From Trichomonas gallinae (taxonomy: Eukaryota), in contig MRSU01005588.1 in the NCBI GenBank assembly GCA_008369845.1, positions 1 through 64,000 on the forward strand: DNA of 64,000 nt, in the 5' to 3' direction. Numbering within the stretch: position 1 is the first letter of the stretch; each line of letters begins with the position of its first letter. The notes under the pieces were generated by a model that worked only from the letters and a program-made list of their open reading frames with translations, made no database searches and was not told where the DNA came from. Position numbers and translations under genes: made by a program. Positions 11,834-20,879 of the stretch are shown in pieces.

Positions 11834-12679
11834 CTAACGACGTGCATCAATATCTGATGAATCAAGAAGCGAATCAGAAAGTGTTGTTGCATCCTTCTTC
11901 TTGATGCACTTGAAGAATATAATGATCGCAATAAGTAAGAATTGCTGGCAACAAGCAACAAAGATTGGAAGCCAAGTTGACCAATTCTTCTTATTGACAA
12001 AAGCAATCATATAGACGTTCGCCAGGCCACCTGGAGCCTGCATAAGCAGCATGGCAAGTGAAAGAGTGCCTGGGCCTCTTAAACGACATGTTGTTACAAT
12101 TTGTGGTATATATTGAACGAAAGAGATTGTAGAGCAGATAATTCCGAGTGTAATTCCATAGCCCTCGACAACTTTGCTATTTATTCCAGACATCATGAAG
12201 AAATAATATACCACCAAAATAATAAAATCGCCACCGAACAAAATCATTGTAAAAACTAAGTTAGATATCCTCTGAATTCTAATATCGTGCGATGATCTGT
12301 TTACGCGAACTTTTTTATCGTAAAAAATAAAATTAAGATAAGCGTTGCCTAGGTACGTATACCACAGTGCGAAGAACGTCATGAAAGACATCAAGTTTGG
12401 GAAGACATTTTTGAGTGGCTGCATGTAAAAGTTAATAAAATCAAATGGATTAAGAATAACGTAGTTTAATAGCAATGCAAACTGTCCGAAACTGATTAGC
12501 ACCAATGTTAAAACGCTCATGCCGTAGTTTGAGCGCCCTTTAATGAAGCTAATTAATTGTGGAATAATGGAAATCGTAGATCCACTGATCAATACTATAC
12601 CAAGAATAATATTTGGAAGGTGTATGTTGAAATCGTAATATCGGGTGTAGTCAGTAAAGCCAGATAAGTACAAAACCAT
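11834..12679 (-). CDS. PQ-loop repeat membrane protein (281 aa)
   Basis: Two PQ motifs (SIIPQL..GMS; QYIPQI..GTLS) and about seven hydrophobic segments. Start moved to ATG 12679, which has TCACTT about 11 nt upstream. Confidence 0.85.
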   Translation of the reverse strand: MVLYLSGFTDYTRYYDFNIHLPNIILGIVLISGSTISIIPQLISFIKGRSNYGMSVLTLVLISFGQFALLLNYVILNPFDFINFYMQPLKNVFPNLMSFMTFFALWYTYLGNAYLNFIFYDKKVRVNRSSHDIRIQRISNLVFTMILFGGDFIILVVYYFFMMSGINSKVVEGYGITLGIICSTISFVQYIPQIVTTCRLRGPGTLSLAMLLMQAPGGLANVYMIAFVNKKNWSTWLPIFVACCQQFLLIAIIIFFKCIKKKDATTLSDSLLDSSDIDARR

Positions 12680-13029
12680 TTTTTTATAAAAGTGAAATTT
12701 GTCAAATTTTTTAATGATAAATCCAACATCTATATTAGATGCTGGTTTAATATTTTTAATTTTTTTTTTCTGTTTCAGTTTTTCTCTTTTTCTATCGATA
12801 CAACGACGAAATGACATGACAGATCTTCACATGAGAATCACGAGGATGAATATAAATGAATGATCCAAAATTAACAGCTGAATAATGCTGGATATTTTTT
12901 TTTTCTGATTTTTCAAATTTTTAAATCATTCAAAATGACTCAATTATTTACATTCTTTTACATATAATTGATACAAAAATGTTGATATTTTACTCATAAT
13001 CGCTATATTGCCGAAAAATAAAAAAATCT

Positions 13030-13260
13030 TTCGAAAATGTAAAATTATGCATGTTATCAAAGTTAATGAGACTCGTGAAACAAAACAGAATTGCTTTGTG
13101 CTTCAGATAAGTGTTATCATGAGTCTTCAACTAATATCAACAAAAATCAAGTAAGAGACTTTTCAGCATTATACCGGCATCCGTCGTATAAATGTGGGAT
13201 AACAAACTTTTCATCTTTCGAAGGGAACAGATGTGAATGACGTTCTACTATCCGCTATGT
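13030..13260 (+). pseudogene. Possible decayed ankyrin-repeat fragment
   Basis: Broken frames read KTELLCASDKCYHE..NINK and K*ETFQHYTGIRRINVG*QTFHLSKGTDVND, resembling ankyrin consensus (T-A/P-LH ... LLSxGADVN). Stops and a frameshift are present. Confidence 0.3.
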
Positions 13261-13288
13261 TTTTTTTTATTGAATACTGTAAATTGTT

Positions 13289-14920
13289 TTAATTGCTATA
13301 GACATTGAAGTCATGAAAAGATGATGATGAATCACTGATTGTGAAAGATTCATAGTTGTCTTGGTCTGAGTAAGCGTTATTATCAGAGTTCTGACTCAGC
13401 ATATTCCTTACTCTGTGAGCTTGCCTTATAAAGTTAATCACAGAAAGAATGATGATTGTAATAATGAGTGCAGTACCACAAGCAACAGTGACACCCTTCT
13501 TGACTGCGGAAACTTCAGTCTTGACGTACTTAGTTTGAATAGGCGGATGACTCTCTTTGATGGCGACAATAATTGGATTAGGATCATAAGGAAGACCTTC
13601 GTATCCATCGAAAAATGGAGTTTGAGTTGGCTTAACAGTCCAGCGTGGAGTAGGAATGTATGTGTATGGCGTTTTCGCTGGTGTTGTTGCGTCAGGAGTT
13701 TTTTCGGGAGTTGTCGCGTCAGGAGTTTTCAGCGGAGTTCTAGGTAGTGGAGTTAGATCTGGTGTTGCCATTGGCGTACGAGAGGGCGTAGTTTGAGGTG
13801 TTGTATTTGGTGTGCGTGAAGGAGTATTTGAGGGCGTAGTTCCAGGAGTTATTGAGGGGGTGACACTAGGGGTTATTGAGGGGGTAGTCGTAGGGGTGTT
13901 TTTTGGAGTATCCTTTGGTGTGATTGACGGCGTCATTGATGGTGTTATTGATGGAGTCGTTGACGACGTCGTAGAAGGTGTAATTGATGGAGTTATGGAT
14001 GGAGTCGTGTTTGGCGTTGTGTTAGGGGTTGTTGATGGTGTACTTGACGGTGTTATTGAAGGAGTTGTAGATGGTGTTGTTGATGGTGTGGTAAACGGTG
14101 TTGTTTGTGGTGTAGAAGATGGAGTTGAAGAAGGAGTTGTTGATGGAGTAGATGAAGGTGTTATAGATGGTGTATTGGATGGGGTCATCGAAGGTGTCTG
14201 TGTCGGGTGAGGCGTTGGCAGCGGTACCTGATAATAATTATCAGGTGGCCTTGTATCATCACCTTCTCTTCCAGTATAACTGATCTTGAAGTCAGGTACA
14301 GTGTCGTAATCTGCGAGGGCAACTTGAACGAACACAATATCAGTATCAGGGTCTCCACTTGCTGTTTTTGGATCAACAACAGCACCAGATGCAATATTTG
14401 TCCAAGCACTATTCTTTTCCACATGGAAACGCGCAGTATTTGGCTGCGGCATATTATTGATAATTTGAGTGTTTTGGGTGATCGATGTGAATAAGAAGCA
14501 TATCTTTTCGTTAGGGAATAGAGGTAGTATTGATGAAGGGATTCCTTTTTGAAAATCAATTTCAACATGTGTTTGTTGGAAAACATGCAGACCGTTTTCG
14601 CATCCTGTAAAGCCAGTTGCATAATACACATAGTTTAACTGCACAAATGGTTGACGTATACAAAGAACATCCAATTCACACTGATAATCTTGAACATAAA
14701 TAAATTTTTCGATAGGTTCGGTAAGTACTTCCTTTTCATACACAGATCCATCATCATTCTTTTTAATAAGCGTATACTTATATGCATTTGAAGGCATTTG
14801 TATGTAGAAGAAAGATGGCTTCTTTTTTGCAATGATATTAACTGCGCCAGTGATAGCAACAGGTAATGGATACTGTCCTACGAATTCATCTGCAGTAACG
14901 AGTACAGGTATACCGAGCAT
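13289..14920 (-). CDS. Mucin-like single-pass membrane protein with Thr/Pro/Ser stalk (at least 543 aa; 5' end uncertain)
   Basis: Globular N-terminal region, long TPxx repeat stalk, TM segment VTVACGTALIITIIILSVINFI, Ser/Asp-rich tail containing YESF. Confidence 0.75.
   Translation of the reverse strand: MLGIPVLVTADEFVGQYPLPVAITGAVNIIAKKKPSFFYIQMPSNAYKYTLIKKNDDGSVYEKEVLTEPIEKFIYVQDYQCELDVLCIRQPFVQLNYVYYATGFTGCENGLHVFQQTHVEIDFQKGIPSSILPLFPNEKICFLFTSITQNTQIINNMPQPNTARFHVEKNSAWTNIASGAVVDPKTASGDPDTDIVFVQVALADYDTVPDFKISYTGREGDDTRPPDNYYQVPLPTPHPTQTPSMTPSNTPSITPSSTPSTTPSSTPSSTPQTTPFTTPSTTPSTTPSITPSSTPSTTPNTTPNTTPSITPSITPSTTSSTTPSITPSMTPSITPKDTPKNTPTTTPSITPSVTPSITPGTTPSNTPSRTPNTTPQTTPSRTPMATPDLTPLPRTPLKTPDATTPEKTPDATTPAKTPYTYIPTPRWTVKPTQTPFFDGYEGLPYDPNPIIVAIKESHPPIQTKYVKTEVSAVKKGVTVACGTALIITIIILSVINFIRQAHRVRNMLSQNSDNNAYSDQDNYESFTISDSSSSFHDFNVYSN
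13670..14222 (-). repeat. Degenerate 12-bp coding tandem repeat (TPSI/TPST/TPNT tetrapeptides)
   Basis: Roughly 40 TPxx units visible in the translation, with variable third positions. Confidence 0.9.
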
Positions 14921-16518
14921 TCGCTGGTATTGTTAAGCGTTCCATCGCTAGTCTCGTAGAAAAAAATATTGAAGCATTTCATAGATTTCATTTGCCTCTC
15001 AATTTATTTCATGATAGTTTTTGTGCCATTTTAATATTTGTACAAATATGTGGATACGGTTATAGTGACTTTTGATAAAAGTAACAAAACTTTCAATTAT
15101 TAAATTGTGATGAAAACTGACAAAGACAGTTAAAACTTTTTTGTGGAAAACAAATATATTAAGTCAATAATTACTTTTTATTAAAATTTTAGTCTCGTCT
15201 CAAAATTTTATTAATTGAAACAATGTATTGAAAAATGATGCTTAACCAAAGTTTAAATAAATTAGATTCGTTAAAATAATATTAACCGCTTGCATTGAAT
15301 TTTTAAATCTTTTGTTTATATTTTATATTGCTTTCCTTTTATTATATCATTATATTTCTATATAATGTAGAAGCACGTTTATGTAAACTTATGAAAAAAT
15401 AAACTTGTTCAACTCCTTTTTGACCAAATAGGTTGATTATTCTTGATTGATAGTAAATCCATAACTAAAGAAACTTATCCTCTTTTGCAAAATTTATCTA
15501 TGAAATTATTCGCTGCACATTCATTGTATATGATAAGAATATCATAAATGTTTAGATTTTTTTTAAACTGTAAACCGATTTACGGTTATCCCCAGAATTT
15601 TTGAGAGTTACTCTGAAAACATTTTAAATTTGGCTTCTGCAGTTTGCTATTGAAAATTAAAGCGTTCAAAACAGAATGGCATAATGTATAGCACTTATCA
15701 ATTAAGTTAAACTTTCTCAAAGCGCTTTTTTGGATTTTCCGAGCATATTTGTCAAGTGGCTTTGATAATATTCACACCAGAATCTTTGAATCGCACCTAA
15801 ATTTCATTCCAATTAATTCATCTGATTCAACAAAACAATCTGATTCTTGAATTTTTTATAATTTTCAATTTCATTCATCAAAATGACTGTCTAATTTATT
15901 CTAAAAAATGACTATGGAAAAATCTTGTGATTCCATAATTTATGAATTCTTGATGAAATAATTCGGACAAGTCCATTATATAAGACAGATTTATGGCAAG
16001 CATACCAATGTATCAGCTCTATACATTTGTTAATGCACATCAAACATCATTTTTAATGATCCGCACATCGACCAAATAATAACACTCAATCGATTCTATG
16101 AGGTTATGAATTTTATCGCTCTACCCAGAATATATCTAATAGAAAATGATATTATAAGTAATAAAATGAATCTTACGCTTAGATTTCGCTTTAATGGACT
16201 ATATTACACACTTTCACATATATAGTATGCTTATGATAGCCTGATTAGAAGTTGGTCTTCTGATACTAGAATGTTTCGAAAAAAAAATTGTTTTTTAGGG
16301 GTAAAAAGTTGGGAAACCCCGGGCACTTTGAGGGGAAAATTATCGTTCCTCTTGTCTTTTAACTGTGTCATAATTTTCAAAAATGAAGTCGTAAAGTCAA
16401 AAATGTGATATGATTTTTGACTCATTATCATCAGTATTATTATTAATGAATAATATTATAGCATGTTAATAATCATGGAGAATAATTCAAACTTCATTAT
16501 CAGAAACTCACTTCAATT

Positions 16519-17321
16519 ATGTCAATTGTAAGTCAGATCAAGGATTATTGCAAGCAAGGCAAAGATGTGGAGTTTATCTATAACGAAATCAACCAGAAGA
16601 TTGAATCAAATAATTGTTCGAAGTAAGATGTACGAAATGCAATTGATTCCGCTTATTCTGAAAATAAGAGCTATCTTAAAACATTATCTTTGGTATCATC
16701 CATTATAATGCTCAAAAACAAATTCTAATCGACAAACACAAAAGAAATACTTGACCAATACATAGATTTTGGCTGTGGATTGGATTACTTAAAGAATGCA
16801 AGCTTACCATATGAAGGAAATGCTCATGATGGTGTTTTTAACTTTCTGCGTGTGCTCGCTAATGGAGCTCATTTGATGCTGGACTCGTTGGAATTCAGTC
16901 TGATGGAAGATGTCCAATGCATCCTAAAGCTGTTTTCGATTACGGCTGTCATAAGCAATGGTATATCTGTGAAGAAGAAAATAATAATAAAAGAAATTGC
17001 TCACGTTCGAATTTAAGAAATGCACACTTGCAATGAACGGACATACATAAAGGTCTGGCCATAGCACAAGCTATTGGAACAATCCGACAAGTTTTGCATG
17101 GGAAGACTCCAACGAAAACTCGAAATGGGAGAAGATTGATGAAAAGAGGAATAATATGGACATTGGTACCAATGATAAGACATATACATGGACATGCAGT
17201 ATGTCTAAGCGTTTCAAATTCATTCGCTTCCGCCTTATGGAAGTGAAAAAAATCAGGAGGACACTATACGGAAGAGATCGAGTTATCTGGATTCTACGAA
17301 GGAACAGAAGTCATTGAGTAA
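16519..17321 (+). pseudogene. Pseudogene of an F5/8 type C (discoidin / galactose-binding-like) domain protein
   Basis: TCACT at 16508 then ATG 16519 (MSIVSQIKDYCKQG). In-frame TAA at 16624, 16726 and 17048; frameshifts near 16870, 17000 and 17250-17270. Reconstructed C-terminal part LTFEFKKCTLAMNGHT*RSGHSTSYWNNPTSFAWEDSNENSKWEKIDEK..FKFIRFRL..EEIELSG matches the F5/8C-type pattern (W.xxGSND..W..ID, F.YIR, EIELFG). Confidence 0.75.
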
Positions 17322-17796
17322 TAAATAACTTTTTGAATTATTTTGATTTAAAGTTTAAAGCATTATAATAAATAACTTTTAAGGTCAAAGCATGATATTT
17401 TTGTTGATCTATGAACTAATCTTGGCCTTTAGAGTTGTTAAGCCTTTATTTGTTTAAAATTATCTTTGATTCAACTTTGACAGAGATATGTGATATTATG
17501 TTAAGTTTTGTATAATTAGAGATCCAAATATTAATGTTTATTTTTCAATATTTTTGATTCTTTAACATTAATACATATTATATGTTTAAAATATAATATT
17601 TCCTTAATTTTGATTTTTTGAAATAACAAATAACGAAAGAAAAATTTACATTTTTAATAAAAAAAAAATGTTTTATAAAAATCATGCAAAGTCTCTTTTT
17701 GAAATTTTGCGGTCATTTTCGATAATATTGGATCATTATGATGCAAATGAATGTAACAAAACACAATTTCTACTAATATCATTTTCATAAAAAATC

Positions 17797-18138
17797 ATGC
17801 ATCACGACGTTTTTCAGCTAATCAATCCTGTAGGAGTTCCCGTTCCCGAGAAAAATCCACAAAATAAAGTACATGAGGTAGACCTTGAAGCAGAACAAGC
17901 GAAAAGCGATCGTGAAGATCTCAAAGCAAGAAATCGCAAAGCGGCAAAGAAATGGCGAGACAAAAAGGATACAACATTACACCAACTTGCAGCTACGAAT
18001 GATAATTTACGCCAGGAAGCTATGAAACTTCGAAATGAATCACTATCTTTAATTGCCGAGAACCGTGTCTTGGAAAGCGAGCTGCACTTCTTCCAAATAT
18101 TCATGACCAAGATTATGGGCTCCTCACAGAAGAAATAA
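17797..18138 (+). CDS. bZIP transcription factor (113 aa)
   Basis: Basic region KARNRKAAKKWRDKK followed by heptad leucines (LAATNDN LRQEAMK LRNESLS LIAENRV L). Confidence 0.88.
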   Translation: MHHDVFQLINPVGVPVPEKNPQNKVHEVDLEAEQAKSDREDLKARNRKAAKKWRDKKDTTLHQLAATNDNLRQEAMKLRNESLSLIAENRVLESELHFFQIFMTKIMGSSQKK

Positions 18139-18363
18139 CTTAATTAATTTTCCATTGTCTCGCGAAAACATCGAATTTTCGCTTACAGACTTTGAATTCT
18201 TATTAATTTTACCCTATATATTGCGTATATTATTATAATTTATATTCGAATTTTTGTTGTTTATTAATTAATAAAATTTATTCTTGAATCATTTTAGAGT
18301 AAAACATTACGATAAAAACTATCGATAATTGAAAAGGTTCGAAAATCTTTGTAAAAGTGACAA

Positions 18364-18966
18364 ATGGGTAACAACTCATCATTAGACGAGGGAAACACAT
18401 ACAACATCTCGGACAAAGAGATCGAAATGCTGGCCAGCTCCACCAACTTCTCTGGTGAGGAGCTTTGCCACATTAGATTTCAATTTGAAAAACTTTCGAA
18501 TTCTATTGTCCAGGATAATCGAATAAACTTCAGTGAATTTAGATTAGCACTACGCCATCAATCTGATGCTTATGCAAAAAGGATTTTTTCTGCTTTCAAT
18601 ACTTCCAACTCAGGATATATTAGCTTTATGGAGTTCATTTCCGGCTTATCACACGTTTGCCCAAGATCGTCAATCGCGGAGAAGTCCACGTTTGTTTTCA
18701 AAATGTTTGATACGGATATGAACCAATTGATCGGTAGATCCGAGCTTAAAGATATGATTTTGTGCAGTATTTCCAACACCAACATTAAACTCAATGACGA
18801 AGAAATGTTTAAGGTTGTTGAAAATACGATGCAAAAGTTTGATACGAATAACGATGGATATATCAGCTTAGATGACTTCACGAAGAAAGCTATCAACAAT
18901 CCATCGATCGTAACTTCAGTAATTATGACCTTGGATAATTTATTCCCAGGTATTATTGATTTATGA
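18364..18966 (+). CDS. Calcineurin B-like (CBL-type) EF-hand calcium sensor (200 aa)
   Basis: MGNNSS myristoylation-type N-terminus; four EF-hand loops (SNSIVQDNRINFSE, NTSNSGYISFME, DTDMNQLIGRSE, DTNNDGYISLDD); C-terminal LFP. Confidence 0.85.
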   Translation: MGNNSSLDEGNTYNISDKEIEMLASSTNFSGEELCHIRFQFEKLSNSIVQDNRINFSEFRLALRHQSDAYAKRIFSAFNTSNSGYISFMEFISGLSHVCPRSSIAEKSTFVFKMFDTDMNQLIGRSELKDMILCSISNTNIKLNDEEMFKVVENTMQKFDTNNDGYISLDDFTKKAINNPSIVTSVIMTLDNLFPGIIDL

Positions 18967-19077
18967 GTTTTTTCATTTTGTTTATTTGTTATTGTTTATG
19001 AATATAGTATTAGTTTGTGATTTTAGAATTTTACAAAAGTGACAGGTAAATTTGTACGTTTAATTTTATTATTTTTG

Positions 19078-19332
19078 ATGCTTTTTTTGGTAATTTTGTT
19101 CTGTGTTGCTCTTGTCTTGATATTGACAATAATATTCAAGCTATGCAGGGAGAACTCACCATCCAAATACAGTTTTACTTCAGAAAACGTGCAAAAAAAT
19201 ACAAAACAATATACAGCTAAAATATCAATCGAACCTACGCCACCACAATCACCAGTATTCTCACCATATCCTATTAAAGCTAATAGATTTGGCTTGGGAC
19301 GCTCTTCAAATAATGCAAGAGTTATATTCTAA
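19078..19332 (+). CDS. Small protein with N-terminal hydrophobic anchor (84 aa), unknown function
   Basis: ATG 19078, MLFLVILFCVALVLILTIIF followed by a Pro/Ser-rich tail; AAAGTGAC at 19036-19043. Confidence 0.5.
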   Translation: MLFLVILFCVALVLILTIIFKLCRENSPSKYSFTSENVQKNTKQYTAKISIEPTPPQSPVFSPYPIKANRFGLGRSSNNARVIF

Positions 19333-20062
19333 AATTTCCATCAAATTCTTGAGTGTTTCGTTTCTATTAGCATGTAATCGAAATAATTCGCATTGTAATA
19401 TCACTTATCTTAAAATAATCAAAAATTAGACGTTTTCCCGTTAATCACTGTAACGAGTTTATCAAATACTTACTATAGCACTTTATCTTGTTTGCTTATT
19501 TATTAAAAATTATCATGATCTAAATTTTTTCAAGATTGACCTATTTTCATGTTATGCAAATTAAAACCATACAGATGTACATTAATTTTCTCTATTTTCT
19601 CTTAAAATTTACATCATATAAAGTTAAAAATTGATTCTATGAAAAATTCTATATATTCTCATTTATCATATGCTCATTCACAGGATTAACATCTATAATT
19701 TACATTTCAGATTATCCAATATCTAATATTGTGCAAATGAAAAGTATAACCAAATCTTTACGAATATCAATAAAATATAAAGTTTTATAAATATGTCTAC
19801 AAGTTCCAAAATGTTGATACTACAATATAAGAAAACTTATTTCATACTTATAAGCATATAGCGAAAAATTGGTACGATAAACAGCTACAGAACTATATCT
19901 ATCTATAGCAACAATGATAGAAACATTTTCACAAAAATAGTTGTAAACTCAAAATCAAAACCTAATATTTTAGATTTAATCTATACATACCTATAAAATG
20001 CTATATTTAAAAGTATTTTCCTAAAATTGAAGAAAAAAGAAATGAAATCTAAAAAGTGACAG

Positions 20063-20677
20063 ATGAGTGAAACACATCCCTTGTCTTACAGCTGGAAATT
20101 CTATTACTATGAGCGCCCAGCAAACATGGAGGATTACATAAAGAGCATACATGAAATCGGATCATTCAAAACAATCGAAGAATTCTGGAGTTATTACTCT
20201 CATATGATTAGACCAGACAAATTGAAGCAAGATTACTCAATACAAATGTTCAAAGAAGACTATAAAGCTATGTGGGAAGATGAAAATATTAAAAATGGTG
20301 GACAAATCACAATCAGACTGAAAAAGAATATGTTCAATTTCACTTGGGAGAAATTAGTATTAAATATGATAGGAGAACAGATTTCTGAGTCAATTATTGG
20401 TGCAGTGGCATCATCAAAACAGAGAGGTGACTCAATAGAACTTTGGCTAGATTTTAAATCGTCAGATCCAACGAGTAAAGAAGCAGAGAAGCTAGATATA
20501 TTTAGAATACTTATAGATAAGCTCAATATTGAAGGAAAGCTTAGGTTTGAATACACTGATTTCGCACAATTTAAGTCTGAAAATCCAAACGAAAAGAAAT
20601 CATCAGAATTTTACATGCTCGAGGATGGAATCATCAAACGCGTTGAGTTGCAACCACAGAAAAAGCCTCAGGCTTAA
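20063..20677 (+). CDS. eIF4E: eIF4E-family cap-binding protein (divergent, 204 aa)
   Basis: HPLxxxW, FKTIEEFW, MWED..GG, WEKLVLNMIGE, IELW. Confidence 0.9.
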   Translation: MSETHPLSYSWKFYYYERPANMEDYIKSIHEIGSFKTIEEFWSYYSHMIRPDKLKQDYSIQMFKEDYKAMWEDENIKNGGQITIRLKKNMFNFTWEKLVLNMIGEQISESIIGAVASSKQRGDSIELWLDFKSSDPTSKEAEKLDIFRILIDKLNIEGKLRFEYTDFAQFKSENPNEKKSSEFYMLEDGIIKRVELQPQKKPQA

Positions 20678-20879
20678 TTTCCCTTTTTTGATATCAAGAT
20701 TCAGCCTTGAGTTCAGTATACAACAACTTATTTTTGGTATAACTGTTCATTATAATACAATGTATATGATTGTTTCAAATAAATATAGCATATAAAATAA
20801 TATAATCGAAAACTAACATGTTTACACAAAAAATAATGCGTTATTATAATAAAATACATACAAATTTTAATATAAACAA

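Noticed and set aside
12680..12817. N-terminal extension of the PQ-loop ORF (likewise 2395-2460 and 33623-33664 for other genes)
   Set aside because: K/F/I-rich translation of AT-rich promoter DNA containing initiator or octamer motifs.
13812..14210. 132-aa + strand ORF of VIDG/VVDG repeats
   Set aside because: Antisense mirror of the TPxx repeat stalk of the minus-strand gene; no ATG start.
19054..19077. GTACGT resembling a trichomonad 5' splice site
   Set aside because: No downstream ACTAACACACAG-type branch/3' splice motif found; no intron is needed to explain any gene here.
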